The position numbers were made by a program, and so were the translations under genes. Below, in pieces: positions 42,478 through 53,234 of a stretch of 64,000 nt of DNA (position 1 is the first letter of the stretch; every line of letters starts with the position of its first letter). The notes under the pieces are model-generated. The model was not told the origin of the DNA and made no database searches. It worked only from the letters and a program-made list of their open reading frames with translations. This DNA comes from an uncultured delta proteobacterium (GTDB lineage Bacteria; Myxococcota; Myxococcia; Myxococcales; Myxococcaceae), in the NCBI GenBank assembly GCA_963771175.1, contig CAVYSY010000052.1, positions 225,834 through 289,833 of the forward strand. The letters are read 5' to 3'.

Positions 42478-42942
42478 TCACGCCTGGGAGGACCCGGACT
42501 GCTCCGCTTGCTCGGACGCCCCGACCATGGGCCCGAGCGGCTGCACCACTCCGAGCTGCCTCAAGTAGCCGAAGGTGTCCCACTGGCTCATGTCCTCGAC
42601 GAGCTTGCCGTCCTCGAACTGGTAGACGGTAAGGCCCTCCAGGGTGACGCGCTGGCCATGGGGCTTCACGCCCAGCAGCTCGCGCTCGAGGTTCCCCGTC
42701 ATCCGCCACCAGGCGATGACCGTGTCCCCTTCCGCGTAGAGGGCGACAATGCTCGCCTCCAGGTTGGGGAAGCAGGCGCGCAGCAGCCGCACGGAGGCCT
42801 TCACGCCCGCTACATCCGCGTCCCCCGACAGCGGATCGTGGCTCACGTAGTCGGGATGGCAGAGCTCATCGAGCACCTCCAACCGGCCCTCACCGTAGAC
42901 CTCCTCCATGATGCGCCGGGCCACATGCTTGAGGTTGGCCAT
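42478..42942 (-). CDS. SnoaL-like ester cyclase
   Basis: [28 protein letters not shown]. Confidence 0.85.
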   Translation of the reverse strand: MANLKHVARRIMEEVYGEGRLEVLDELCHPDYVSHDPLSGDADVAGVKASVRLLRACFPNLEASIVALYAEGDTVIAWWRMTGNLERELLGVKPHGQRVTLEGLTVYQFEDGKLVEDMSQWDTFGYLRQLGVVQPLGPMVGASEQAEQSGSSQA

Positions 42943-43053
42943 GACACTCCCTCCTTGGAGCGGGACGCTCCTCGCGCCCACCCGACAAAGTTAGGAACGA
43001 GGCCCGGAGTGTCGTGCCGCCACGCCCTCTGGGCGCCCGAGCACACGAGCGCT

Positions 43054-43824
43054 TCAGAGAACCGTGTCGACGGCCCGGCGCACGCGGCTCCAGTCGAAGT
43101 TGTCCGCTGGGTCCACCTTGCGGCCCGGGGCCACATCCCGGTGGCCGACGATGTTCTCCTTGGGCACCCGGTACGTCCGCGCCAGGTACGGCACGAGCTG
43201 CTCCAGCGCGAGGTACTGCGCCTCGGTGAAGGGAGTCTGGCCGGAGCCGTCGTTGGTGATTTCGATGCCGATGGAGCGCGCGTTGACGCTGGGCACCTTC
43301 ACGCCGCGCAACGAGGAGACGCCGGCGTGCCACGCCACCTTGTCGTCCAACACGAGCTGGTAGAGGGTGCCGCTGGGCGCGATGAGGTAGTGCGCGCTCA
43401 CCCGATTGCCGCCAGTCGCTCGCCGCAGCGTGGCCAGGTCCACCGTCACGCTGTTGGAGCCGGTGTGGTGCAGGACGATGACGTCGATGTCCACGCCCCT
43501 GCGCGACTCGAAGTTGGGCGAGGACCGGGACACCACGGGCGGCTTGTGCACCGGCAGCAGGGCCTTCAGGAGCGCGGCGCGGGTGAGGGGGCCGTACTTC
43601 CCATCCGCCTCCTCGAGCCGCCAGCCCTTCTGGAAGCGCAGGAGGGCGGCCTTCGTCTTCGGCCCGAAGTCGCCATCCGCCAGGCCCCCCAGGTACTTGA
43701 GTTGGATGAGCACGGCCTGGAGCTGCTGCACCTCGCGACCCTTGCTGCCCTCGGACAGGGGGCCCACGGGCAGGTCTGGCGCGGTCGGGGTCGCGGCACG
43801 GGCGGTGGCTCTGGGCATGGGCAT
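43054..43824 (-). CDS. N-acetylmuramoyl-L-alanine amidase (Amidase_2) with peptidoglycan-binding domain
   Basis: DGDFGPKTKAALLRFQ; IVLHHT, SAHYLI, AWHAG, SIGIE, GHRD..RKVDP. Confidence 0.9.
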   Translation of the reverse strand: MPMPRATARAATPTAPDLPVGPLSEGSKGREVQQLQAVLIQLKYLGGLADGDFGPKTKAALLRFQKGWRLEEADGKYGPLTRAALLKALLPVHKPPVVSRSSPNFESRRGVDIDVIVLHHTGSNSVTVDLATLRRATGGNRVSAHYLIAPSGTLYQLVLDDKVAWHAGVSSLRGVKVPSVNARSIGIEITNDGSGQTPFTEAQYLALEQLVPYLARTYRVPKENIVGHRDVAPGRKVDPADNFDWSRVRRAVDTVL

Positions 43825-44002
43825 GGTCCTCCCGGGTGGTGTGAGGCACGAGCGGGCTCTGGGATGCATTATCGCGCCAGTGCCGACGCCCGCGCTCCTC
43901 CGGGCCGGGGAGAAGCTCCGATAGAAAACATCCGGGAATATCGCGCGGACGCGTCGTTGAGAGAGCGAACGCTGGGTTCTTCCAGCTTCCTACCGGAGAA
44001 CG

Positions 44003-45124
44003 ATGATGCGGACCCGAATCCTCCTGGGCGCCCTGACCGCCCTGTCCCTGCTCGCCGCGTGCGGTGGCACCGAGTCCGAACCGCTGCCCTCGGAGCAGAT
44101 TGAACAAGGTGCCGTCGCGCAGTTCGAGGACGCGCTGTGCGCGCAGACCAACTACCTGCAGAACCCCGAGTTCGACACCGTGGGGCCCAACGGCAGCAGC
44201 ACCACCATCACCACCAACGTCGGGGGCGGCGCGGGCTACTCGGCCGCGGCGAGCTGGACGCTCTTCACCAACACGCCGGGTACGCTCAACACCCAAATCC
44301 TTCCCTCCACGCGCGTGGCCGGCGGTCGGATGATCCGCGTCACCACCCAGGGTAACGGCAACGGCCTGGTGCAGGTGTTCCAGCCGTTCAACTCGGGACC
44401 CACCAAGGTCATCTCGGGCGCGTGGATCTACGTCCTCCAGGGCAAGGTGGGCATCGGCACGGGCAACGGCGGCAACACCGGCATCGACGCCGTCACCCAG
44501 ACGGTGGGCCAGTGGGAGTACGTCCAGGCCGCCAACGGCGTCATCCCCGCCAATGAGTTCATCATCTACTCGGTCGGCCTGAACGGCGCCGACTTCTACG
44601 TCGACTCGGCCAGCGTGAAGTTCTCGCCCAACCTGCTGTCCAACCCGACGTTCGCCACGGTGGGGCCCAACGGCAGCTCCGTCAGCGTCACCACCGCGGT
44701 GCCCGGCAGCGCCGGCTGGTCGGCCGCGCAGAACTGGGCGATGTTCACCAACAACGCCGGCCCCATCTCCAGTGAGCTCGTTCCCTCGACGCTGCCCGGC
44801 GGCGTCCGGATGATCCACGTCGTCACCCAGGCGGACCGCAACGGCATCTCGCAGGTCTTCGGTGGTGCCAGCTCGTGCACGGTCAACGGTCCCGCCCACG
44901 CCGAGGCGGGCGCGTGGATCTACGTGCTCCGGGGTCGGGTCGGCATCGGCACGGGCAACGGCGGCAACACGGGCTTCGACGCGTACACGCACACCACCGG
45001 CCAGTGGGAATGGGTGCAGGCGAAAAACGGCGTCTCGCCCGCCAACACCTTCATCATCTACGCGGCCACCACCTACGGCGCGGACTTCTACGTCGGCTTC
45101 GCCCGGGTGAACGAGGTTCCCTGA
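44003..45124 (+). CDS. Lipoprotein with two tandem carbohydrate-binding-like beta-sandwich repeats
   Basis: Lipobox LAAC; duplicated NxLxNPxF..TVGPNGS..GAWIYVL..GTGNGGNTG..GQWE..ADFYV. Confidence 0.75.
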   Translation: MMRTRILLGALTALSLLAACGGTESEPLPSEQIEQGAVAQFEDALCAQTNYLQNPEFDTVGPNGSSTTITTNVGGGAGYSAAASWTLFTNTPGTLNTQILPSTRVAGGRMIRVTTQGNGNGLVQVFQPFNSGPTKVISGAWIYVLQGKVGIGTGNGGNTGIDAVTQTVGQWEYVQAANGVIPANEFIIYSVGLNGADFYVDSASVKFSPNLLSNPTFATVGPNGSSVSVTTAVPGSAGWSAAQNWAMFTNNAGPISSELVPSTLPGGVRMIHVVTQADRNGISQVFGGASSCTVNGPAHAEAGAWIYVLRGRVGIGTGNGGNTGFDAYTHTTGQWEWVQAKNGVSPANTFIIYAATTYGADFYVGFARVNEVP

Positions 45125-45155
45125 GCCGCACCCAAGCCCGGCGCCCCCACGAGAA

Positions 45156-45185
45156 AGGCCGCCCCTCCTTCCGGAAGAGCGGCCT
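45156..45185. terminator. Hairpin between convergent genes
   Basis: AGGCCGC..GCGGCCT inverted repeat with a short T run on the minus strand. Confidence 0.5.
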
Positions 45186-45217
45186 GTCCCGTTACGGCGT
45201 CACCTGCTCCGGACGGC

Positions 45218-46948
45218 TCAGAAAGCGGAGCCGCTGGCGCGGGTGCCCGGCGACGTGCTCAGCGTCGAGACGGTCGTGTGCAGCGCGAAGCTCCCGGTGC
45301 TGGCATCGGGGCTGCGGTTCATGGACACACCATCGGTACCGGCCAGCGCGCTCGTATAGGTGAACGAGTCCACGTTGGTGCTGCCCGCGTTCTTCACGGT
45401 GACGGTGTCGCCGCCGTTGGCCAGGGACAGCGTGCCAGCGGTGGAGCCCACGGCGTTGGTCAGCCCCGCGGGAATGGCCGAAGCGGAGGCGAACACCACG
45501 ATGGCCTTGCCCGCGCCGAGCACCGTGCCCGTGGCGAAGGTGTGCTTCTTGGCCCCCGCGTCCCAGACGCTCCAGCCACCGATGTCGATGGAGGTGCCGC
45601 CCACGTTCACCAGCTCGACGAACTCCTTGGTGGTGTCGGAGCCGGGCTCGTTGGCCAGAATCTCATTGATGATGACCTTGGCCGGGCTGCCGGCAGCCGC
45701 GGTGGTGGCCGAGGCGGTGTTGCTGACGGCGGACTCGTTGTTGGCCGCGTCATCGGCCGACACGCGGTAGTAGTAGGTGCTGCTCGCCGCGAGGCCCGTG
45801 TCCGAGTGGCTGGTACCGCTGACACTCGCCACGGCCGAGAAGGTGGCGTTGTCGGGGCTGCGGTAGACGTTGTAGCTGGTCACGCCCACGTTGTCGGTGG
45901 AGGCCGTCCAGCTCAGGTTCACCTGGCTGGAGGAGGCGGCCGAGGCGCTCAGGCTGCTCGGAGCGGTGGGCGCGGTGGTGTCGGAGCCGCCGCCGCCACC
46001 GCCACCCGCGCCCGCCAGCCAGGCGATGGCGTTGAGGTGGATGAGCGCGTTGTCATACGTGGCGACGTCCCAGCCATCGTAGGTGGTGTGGCCACAGCCG
46101 TTGGTGGCGTCCTCGGAAGGCGAGGAGTCACCGATGGCCGCGATGCGCCCCGTACCGTCCGTGGAGGTGGCGAACGTCACCTGCGAGTTGGAGCCCACGG
46201 TGCCGGTGGTCATCCACACGTGCCCCTTCGCGTTGGGGTTGGCCGTGGGGTTGAGCGTCATCGAGGTGGAGCCGAAGAGGCCCAGGCCCTTGCCCACCGT
46301 GGCACTGCCGTAGGCCCCCGCGTGCACGATGGGGGACGAGGTGTCCGTGGTGAACTTGGAGTTGGGGTTGTCGTTGAACCAGTTGTTCGCCTCGGGGCTC
46401 ACATTGAAGTGGAGGCCCCAGGACACGCCCGTCATCAGATCATTCATGATCTCCGGAGAGTCCCAGCCGTCGCTGTTGCGGTCGGAGTTCCAGTGGTCGG
46501 AGATCATGAACAGGCCGCCACCGTTCTTCACGAAGGCCTGGATGGCCGTGCGCTCCGCGGTGGTGTAGCGGGTGTTGGGCTCGGGAAGGATGAAGACCTT
46601 GTAGTTCGCGAGGTCCTGCGCGTTGGAGGCGTCGCCGTAGGTGATGCGGCTGCCATTGGGGAGGCTCTCCACCGAGAAGCCCTTCTTCACCAGGGCCACG
46701 CCGAAAGAGGAGTAGGCGCCGCCCCAGTACGTCCCGGGAGTGCTGGCGGTGATACCGCTCTGCGCGGGGGTGGGATAGCGCTGGGCGGTGCCGCAGGAGT
46801 CCTCGTCCAAGACCCAGTCAGAGTTGCCCGCCGTCTGCGCGTGCATCGCGTCGAACAGCACCTTGTTGGTCTGGGCCCACGCGCTGGCGGGACCCATCAG
46901 CCCAATCACGGGCGCGGCGAACAACATCGAACGGAACAGCTTCCTCAT
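45218..46948 (-). CDS. Secreted protein: GATase-like N-terminal domain, FN3 domain, lamin-tail domain
   Basis: VLFDAMH..GGGLFMISDH; DTTAPTAP..LSWTASTDNVGV..Y; IINEILAN..EFVELVN..LANGGD. Confidence 0.8.
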   Translation of the reverse strand: MRKLFRSMLFAAPVIGLMGPASAWAQTNKVLFDAMHAQTAGNSDWVLDEDSCGTAQRYPTPAQSGITASTPGTYWGGAYSSFGVALVKKGFSVESLPNGSRITYGDASNAQDLANYKVFILPEPNTRYTTAERTAIQAFVKNGGGLFMISDHWNSDRNSDGWDSPEIMNDLMTGVSWGLHFNVSPEANNWFNDNPNSKFTTDTSSPIVHAGAYGSATVGKGLGLFGSTSMTLNPTANPNAKGHVWMTTGTVGSNSQVTFATSTDGTGRIAAIGDSSPSEDATNGCGHTTYDGWDVATYDNALIHLNAIAWLAGAGGGGGGGSDTTAPTAPSSLSASAASSSQVNLSWTASTDNVGVTSYNVYRSPDNATFSAVASVSGTSHSDTGLAASSTYYYRVSADDAANNESAVSNTASATTAAAGSPAKVIINEILANEPGSDTTKEFVELVNVGGTSIDIGGWSVWDAGAKKHTFATGTVLGAGKAIVVFASASAIPAGLTNAVGSTAGTLSLANGGDTVTVKNAGSTNVDSFTYTSALAGTDGVSMNRSPDASTGSFALHTTVSTLSTSPGTRASGSAF

Positions 46949-47248
46949 GGAGCCTCCTCGGCTGGGGGGGGAGGCGACACGGAATCATCTGTTTCCTCGT
47001 AATTCAATATGGGTCGAAAACGCACCACCACACTGCACGAAATCCGTGCTCGATTCGTGAATCAGTAGGTCTTGTAGTGGGTTGCCACATCCACCTGAGC
47101 GTGGGTGACGAGCACGTCACGGGCGCGTGGCGGGCGCGAGGCATTCTGCCCCAACGAAGGACCGCCGCCGCGGGCCGCCGGGAAATTTGCCCCGGGGAGT
47201 CTCGGACGCAGGATGGCGGGCCCACCACGCCAGCACGACGAGACATCC

Positions 47249-48661
47249 GTGAACCAGCAACGAACCGAACGGTGGAGACAACTCCTCTCGGCCCACCGCG
47301 TGGGAGACAAGCGCGACCGGGCCCCCCTGGACACCCCGGACGAGCGGACCGAGTTCGACAAGGACTACGACCGCATCGTCTTCTCGAGCGCCTTCCGGAG
47401 CCTGCACGACAAGACGCAGGTGTTCCCGCTGTCGACGAGCGACTACACGCGCACGCGGCTGACGCACAGCATCGAGGCCTCGTGCGTGGGGCGCTCGCTG
47501 GGGCAGTTGGCGGGGCGGAGCCTGCAGGCGCAGGACGTGGAGGTGGACCCGCCGCGCCTGGGGACCATCGTGGCGGCGGCGTGCCTGGCGCACGACATCG
47601 GCAACCCGCCCTTCGGGCACTCGGGGGAGGCGGCCATCCAGCACTGGGTGGAGCGCGAGTTCCCTCGCTTCGAGCCGGTGGAGAAGACGGACGCGAAGCA
47701 CCCGTTCGCCACGGAGGCCGAGTGGAAGGACCTGGCGAGCTTCGAGGGCAACGCGCAGGGCTTCCGCATCCTCAACCGGCTGCAGTCTCGCAACCGGGAC
47801 GGCGGGCTGCGTTACACCGTGGCGACGGTGGGGGCGATGAGCAAGTACCCGACGCCCTCGGTGCTGCCGGGCCGGAAGCGGGAGAAGAAGGGGCCCATCT
47901 CGGAGAAGAAGTTCGGGTTCTTCCAGGACGACGCGCAGCTGGCTCGCGAGGTGTACGGCAGGCTGGGGCTGGTGGAGCGCGAGCCGTACGTCTTCGACCG
48001 CCACCCGCTGGCCTTCCTCGTCGAGGCCGCGGATGACATCTGCTACGCCATCATCGACCTGGAGGACTCGGGGAAGCTGGGTCTCATCCCGATGGAGACC
48101 GTCTGCTCGCTGATGGAGGAGGTGGCGGCGATGCAGCCGAACTTCAAGCCCCTGAAGGACAAGGTGGACTGGGAGTCGCGGCTGGGTCGGGCCCGAGCGG
48201 GGGCCGTGTTCGCGCTCATCCAGGAGTGCGTGACGGCGTTCGCCGAGCACGTGGAGGCGATGGAGGCGGGGCGCTTCGAGCAGTCGCTGGTGTCCGCGCG
48301 GCCGGAGGCGAGCGGGAAGCTGGAGGCCATCACGGGCATCACCCGCGAGAAGGGGTACTGGAGCGAGCGGGTGCTGCAGATCGAAGCGGCGGGCTTCCGG
48401 ACGCTGGGAGGCCTGTTGGACCTGTTCGCACCGGCGGTGCTGGCGGACACGCCGAACCGGGAGGAGAAGAAGCTGCGGCAGTTGCTGCCGCTGGAGTTCT
48501 TCCAGCGCCCGGGGCCGTACGAGGAGAACCGGGACGAGGCCATCCGCCGGCTCAATCCCTATCAGCGGCTGCTGTGCGTGACGGACTACGTGTCGGGGAT
48601 GACGGACGGGTTCGCGGTGGAGCTGTACCAGCGGCTCTCGGGCATCAAATTGCCGGAATAA
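47249..48661 (+). CDS. dgt: dNTP triphosphohydrolase (dGTPase)
   Basis: DYDRIVFSSAFR..KTQVF, RTRLTHS, HDIGNPPFGHSGE, FEGNAQ, ADDICY..D.ED, DYVSGMTD. Confidence 0.92.
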   Translation: MNQQRTERWRQLLSAHRVGDKRDRAPLDTPDERTEFDKDYDRIVFSSAFRSLHDKTQVFPLSTSDYTRTRLTHSIEASCVGRSLGQLAGRSLQAQDVEVDPPRLGTIVAAACLAHDIGNPPFGHSGEAAIQHWVEREFPRFEPVEKTDAKHPFATEAEWKDLASFEGNAQGFRILNRLQSRNRDGGLRYTVATVGAMSKYPTPSVLPGRKREKKGPISEKKFGFFQDDAQLAREVYGRLGLVEREPYVFDRHPLAFLVEAADDICYAIIDLEDSGKLGLIPMETVCSLMEEVAAMQPNFKPLKDKVDWESRLGRARAGAVFALIQECVTAFAEHVEAMEAGRFEQSLVSARPEASGKLEAITGITREKGYWSERVLQIEAAGFRTLGGLLDLFAPAVLADTPNREEKKLRQLLPLEFFQRPGPYEENRDEAIRRLNPYQRLLCVTDYVSGMTDGFAVELYQRLSGIKLPE

Positions 48662-48786
48662 ACGGCGAGTGGCCGACAAAAAGGCCGTGGGGTCTCTCCT
48701 TCGGGTCCGGTGAAGGCAGTCATGCGCTGCCGTGCCGAGCGTGGCCGGCGCTCGGGTTCCGCCGGATTTCAGCCAGGAGAGTCGCC

Positions 48787-49551
48787 ATGAAGTGGCTTCA
48801 GGCAGCGGTGATCGCAGTGCTGGTATCGGGTTGCAGTGGCAACGCCCCCGTGAGCATCAGTGTCCGCGCGGGTGCACCGCGCTCCGCGCTCGCGGGTGTC
48901 GCATCGCAGCAACTCCAGGTGGGCAACGGCATTGCCCTCACCCGTGCGCGGCTGCTCGTGCGCGAGCTGGAGCTGAAGACCGCGGAGGCCGCCTCCCAGG
49001 AGTCCACCCAGCAGTCCGAGGTCGAGGAGAAGGACGGGGAGCAGGACGGCAGGGAGGAGCTCGAGTCGGGTCCGCTCGTGCTCGACCTGTCCGGCGCGGC
49101 GCTCGAGGGCGGCGTGCAGAAGGTGCTCGACGTGGCGATTCCCGCCGGCGCCTACAAGGAAATCGAGTTCAAGATCGCCAAGGCCTCGAGCTCGGAGTTG
49201 GGCACCTCGAGCGACTCGAACCTGAAGGAGCTGATCGAGCGCCAGGCGTCGGTCATCCTCACGGGCACCATCGACGGCCAGGCGTTCGAGTTCGTCTCCG
49301 GGCTGGAGGTGGAGCAGGAGTTCGAGGGCAACTTCGAGCTGGCGGATGGGGCCAACAACCTCACGCTCAACGTGGACCCCTCGAGCTGGTTCACCGACGC
49401 GAGCGGCGCGCGGCTCGACCCGCGCACCTCCGAGGCGCGCTCGACCATCGAGAACAACATCAAGCGCTCGATGAAGGTCCTCGAGGATGATGACGGCGAC
49501 GCGCGCGACGACGAGCACGAGGACGACCACGGCGAGGAGCACGACGACTAG
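48787..49551 (+). CDS. Hypothetical lipoprotein with acidic/His-rich tail
   Basis: Lipobox VSGC; IPAGAYKEIEFKI; tail DDEHEDDHGEEHDD. Confidence 0.75.
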   Translation: MKWLQAAVIAVLVSGCSGNAPVSISVRAGAPRSALAGVASQQLQVGNGIALTRARLLVRELELKTAEAASQESTQQSEVEEKDGEQDGREELESGPLVLDLSGAALEGGVQKVLDVAIPAGAYKEIEFKIAKASSSELGTSSDSNLKELIERQASVILTGTIDGQAFEFVSGLEVEQEFEGNFELADGANNLTLNVDPSSWFTDASGARLDPRTSEARSTIENNIKRSMKVLEDDDGDARDDEHEDDHGEEHDD

Positions 49552-49560
49552 CCACGCCCC

Positions 49561-50508
49561 TCACTCCCGCCCCGAGGGCAGCACCTGGATTTCGGTGACG
49601 GGATTGCCGCGAGCGTAGAGGTCCGCGGAGGCGCGCACGAAGGCGCCTTCGCGGAGGCTCTGCAGCGGCAACGGCTCCCTGCCGCGGAAGACGCGGACCT
49701 TGTCGGAGAGCAGCAACGTGTTGGAGCCGCCGCCCTCGAGCTCGAGGACGAGCTCCTGCTTGGACACCGAGCGAACGCGGCCGGTGTAGATGACGTTGGC
49801 CACGGCGACACCCTGGTTCGCGGTGTCCGGCTGGGCCGCCTGAGCACCCTCCGCCGCGGTCGAATCCCCAAGCCCCGTCGCGCCCGGAGGAGCCTCGGCA
49901 TTCGGGTCCCCGATGGCCGCGCGCCCACTGCCCCCGATGCCCACGTTCCCACCGCCCCCGGTGCCCACGCCTCCCGTGCCCTGCTCGGCGGCCCCCGCAC
50001 GTGCGAGCTGGGCCCGCGCCCGGGCGAGTTCCTGCTGAAGCCGGGCCACCTCCACGCGAAGCCGGGCAATCTCCAGCCGCTGCTGGGCATCGGTGTCCGC
50101 CGTCTGCCCCGTGTCCGCCGTCTGCCCCGTGTCCGCCGTCTGCCCCGTGTCCGCCGTCTGCCCCGTGTCCGCCGTCTGCCCTGTATCCGCCGTCTGCCCC
50201 GTGCCGGAGACCTGACCCGTCCCCTGCCCCACGCCCATCGAGCCCTGGTCGGTGGTATCGCCCGAGCCCCCCGTCCCGTACGTCCCCTGCCCCGCGGCCA
50301 TCGAGCCCTGGTCGGTGTCGAAGTCAGTGGAGCCCGAGCCCGTCCCGTACGGCCCCAGCCCCGGATCCGTCCAGCCCGGGTCGGTGGCATCGCCCGTGCC
50401 CCCCGTCCCGTACGTCCCCTGCGTCCGCGCCACCACCTGGGCGGAACTGCACACGAGGAAAAGGGCGAGCATCGCGATGCTCAAGTCCACCCAGGTCCGC
50501 TTCCGCAT
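49561..50508 (-). CDS. Secreted low-complexity protein with coiled coil and C-terminal OB-fold-like domain
   Basis: Signal peptide; G/T/Q/D repeats; RLRVEVARLQQEL; GRVRSV..LREGAFVRA. Confidence 0.7.
   Translation of the reverse strand: MRKRTWVDLSIAMLALFLVCSSAQVVARTQGTYGTGGTGDATDPGWTDPGLGPYGTGSGSTDFDTDQGSMAAGQGTYGTGGSGDTTDQGSMGVGQGTGQVSGTGQTADTGQTADTGQTADTGQTADTGQTADTGQTADTDAQQRLEIARLRVEVARLQQELARARAQLARAGAAEQGTGGVGTGGGGNVGIGGSGRAAIGDPNAEAPPGATGLGDSTAAEGAQAAQPDTANQGVAVANVIYTGRVRSVSKQELVLELEGGGSNTLLLSDKVRVFRGREPLPLQSLREGAFVRASADLYARGNPVTEIQVLPSGRE
50093..50200. repeat. 18-bp in-frame tandem repeat x6 (TGQTAD)
   Basis: GTGTCCGCCGTCTGCCCC x4 exact plus two single-mismatch copies. Confidence 0.95.
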
Positions 50509-50708
50509 TACGCCGCGCTCCCTTCTTCCGGTAGAACGTTGGGCGGCGGACGCCCCCGAGCAACCAGCGCCAGTGCTGGTCGGCCGAGGGGCGAGAGGGG
50601 CGGCCTCGCCGGCTGCTCTCCGGGCCTCCGAGGAGGCTCCGGGACGCGCGGATGCCACCGCCGTGCTCCCGGCCCGACATCGGTGGCCCGCCCAGGGGGG
50701 AGAAGCGC

Positions 50709-52022
50709 GTGACAGACCCACGACCGCCGTCCAGCAATGCCCGCACCACCGCTCCATTGGAGCCCGCCCCGGATGTCGGCACGCCCCGGCCCCAGGCCAC
50801 CGCGAACACGCTCCGGGCCCCCGCGCCCGAGCTGGTGGCCGACACGGCCCACTCGCTGGAGACCAACCACCGCATCACCCAGGGCTACATCCACCTCGCC
50901 GACGAGGTGCAGGCGCTGCTCGACCCGGACTTCCGCCCCGGTGGCTCCAGCCGCGTCCTCTGCAACTGGTTCGCCTTCGCGCCCCACGCTTCCCTGGAGG
51001 CGGGCAAGGGAATGCTCGGTGCGAGCCTCGCCCACGCCATCATCGACGCGGCCCAGGGCGAGCCCGCGGCGTCCGTCCAGCACGCGCTCGACCGCGGTGG
51101 CCTCTCCGGCTCGGAGCGGCTCGTCGCGGAGAAGGTGGCGGACACGCTGCGGTGGTTCGGCCTGTCACACGACGTGGCCGCCTCCCTGGGCACGCTGCTG
51201 AGCGCGGCCAACCTCGATGCGCTCGCGGATCCTCGCACGCTGTGGATCTCCACCTACCGCTTCGCGCGCCTGCTCCACAAAGCCCCGGGCGTCACGCCGC
51301 TCGACAAGGCCGAGTCCGTCGTCTGCACGCTGGAGCAACTGCTGCTCGACGGGAACGTGGCCATCTACGGGGACATCGCCGGGGCGGCGCGCGAGTACCT
51401 CGACTGGCGCCAGCGCGTGGGCGCGGAGACGGTGACGTCGGCCCGGGTGGTGGAGGGCTTCGCGCTGGAGGGAGCCCGCTCCGACGAGGCCCGGCGCGCC
51501 TGGGTGTACGCGCTCGAGCACGTGAAGGACTCGCCCCAGCCCACGGACTTCGCGAGCGCGCTGCCCAACGTGAGCGGACAGAGTCTGGTGGTGGCCGCCT
51601 TCGCCCTCTTCGAGGACGCTCGCCGGGTCTCGAGCCCCACGGACCGGGATGCGCTCATCGCCTTCGCCAACAACTACCTGGCCTGGCGCGAGCAGCACGA
51701 CGCGGTGCAGCCGGCCTTCACCCCCTCCGAGCCCCGCGCGGGTGAGGTGCCCCGCCTCGCCCTCATGTTGGCGATGACGCCGACGCTGCGCCTGCAGCTC
51801 GGCCCCAATGTGGCCTGGGAGCTCAGCGACTACACCGCCACGCAGAAGGACCGGGACCACAACTTCCTCACCTCGAAGCCCACCGAGTACAACTGGGCCC
51901 TCTTCGCGGATCGCTGGCCCGCCATCATGAACTCCTTCGAGGTCGGCTACCGTCACCGCGAGGAGCTGTGGAAGATGCCACAGCCCCTCATCCAGTCGCT
52001 GAACCTGCTCGAGGTGGGCTGA
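50709..52022 (+). CDS. Hypothetical protein (possible DUF2515-like)
   Basis: N..ITQGY, NWFAFA..AS..AG, GNVAIYGDI, NWA.F.DR motifs; clean long ORF. Confidence 0.6.
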   Translation: MTDPRPPSSNARTTAPLEPAPDVGTPRPQATANTLRAPAPELVADTAHSLETNHRITQGYIHLADEVQALLDPDFRPGGSSRVLCNWFAFAPHASLEAGKGMLGASLAHAIIDAAQGEPAASVQHALDRGGLSGSERLVAEKVADTLRWFGLSHDVAASLGTLLSAANLDALADPRTLWISTYRFARLLHKAPGVTPLDKAESVVCTLEQLLLDGNVAIYGDIAGAAREYLDWRQRVGAETVTSARVVEGFALEGARSDEARRAWVYALEHVKDSPQPTDFASALPNVSGQSLVVAAFALFEDARRVSSPTDRDALIAFANNYLAWREQHDAVQPAFTPSEPRAGEVPRLALMLAMTPTLRLQLGPNVAWELSDYTATQKDRDHNFLTSKPTEYNWALFADRWPAIMNSFEVGYRHREELWKMPQPLIQSLNLLEVG

Positions 52023-52025
52023 GCC

Positions 52026-53021
52026 TCACTGGGACGGAGTCTGCCCCTGGGGTGTTTCCTGCGGCTGCCCCTGGGGCGTGCCCTGCTGGCCCGACTGCCG
52101 CTGCACGGGCTGCGTGACGATGTTGCGCGCGTGCTCGACCCCGGAGGAGCTGAGCGCGAACGAGGTCCGCACCTGCGTGCCCTCGGAGATCCGCCCCACG
52201 GGGATGCGGTTCAGCTCCGGGCCATCGAACGCCCGCGTCTGGCGGTCGATGGTGAGTCGGTAGAAGGTGCCATCCGAGGTGTCGACGATGTCGATGTGCT
52301 TGGGCTGGACATCGACCACCCGGCCATCGAACACCGCCGTGGCCACCGTGACGGGTCCCTGCGCGCGAACGTTCGCCGTGCCCGCGCCGCCCGCTCCACC
52401 CGTACCGCCCGCGCCACCGCCGCCCGTGCCCCGACCCAGGTCAGTCACCTGCCGCTCCAGGCGGGCCACACGCTCGCGCAGGGTGGCCAACTCGCGCACC
52501 ATCGCATCGCTACTCATGAGCGCCTGCTGCCCCGCCGCCTGACCGCCACCCGCTCCACCGCCCTGCCCTGTGGTTGCACCCGCGCCCGCTCCAGCGCCCC
52601 CAGTGGACGGAGTCTCCTGGGTGGTGCCGCGATAGGTCGGCCCCGTCGTTCCGCCGAGCCCGCCCGTCCCGGTCGTGCTTCCCGTCAGCTCCTGGCCCGG
52701 GCCGCTGCAGGGGAACTCCATTCAAGCTCTGGCCCGTCTGCCCCCCGTGCCTCCATCGCCCCCGGTGCCTCCGTCGCCCTGCATCCCCGCGCCTCCGGTG
52801 GCGGGCTCTCCCGTGGTCGTCCCGATGGACCCGGCCGACTGCTGTCCAGCCGCTCCGGGGGTCTCCACCCCGGTGATGTCCTGGCCCCGCTCGATGCTGC
52901 TCGCGCCGGTGGGACTCGCGGCCGGCTGCTGTGTGGCCTGCCCTCCCCCGCTCTGCTGCGCCAGGGCCACCAGAGGGGCAGTCCCCATGAAGGCCAGCGC
53001 CATCCAGATGGCTCTCCGCAT
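52026..53021 (-). CDS. Secreted low-complexity protein, architectural paralog of 49561-50508; probable frameshift near 52722
   Basis: Signal peptide MRRAIWMALAF; Gly/Thr-rich; LRERVARLERQV; GRVVDV..ISEGTQVR. Confidence 0.65.
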
Positions 53022-53234
53022 GCCGTTCTCCTCGTCGTCCCCTCCCTGCCGCGCAAAGGTGGGAATTGTTCTCGGAGGGACACACCCGGGCCTCGGCCTC
53101 CCCTTGCCTCCTCGGAGGCTCCCAGGGCGAGGAGGCGGGTTTGACGCGCCGGGCTGGCATGAAAGAGAACGACCGGTGAAACTCCCGGACGCTTCATGTC
53201 ACCAAGGCGCGTGGCCCACCTTTTCGCGGTGCGA

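Noticed and set aside
42890..44992. Long antisense ORFs (also 1956-3893, 23819-25804, 28074-30287, 59273-61123)
   Set aside because: Expected shadows of GC-rich genes on the opposite strand; no motifs
50093..50200. Short direct repeats as a CRISPR array
   Set aside because: Contiguous 18-bp units without spacers, in frame within a gene; no cas genes
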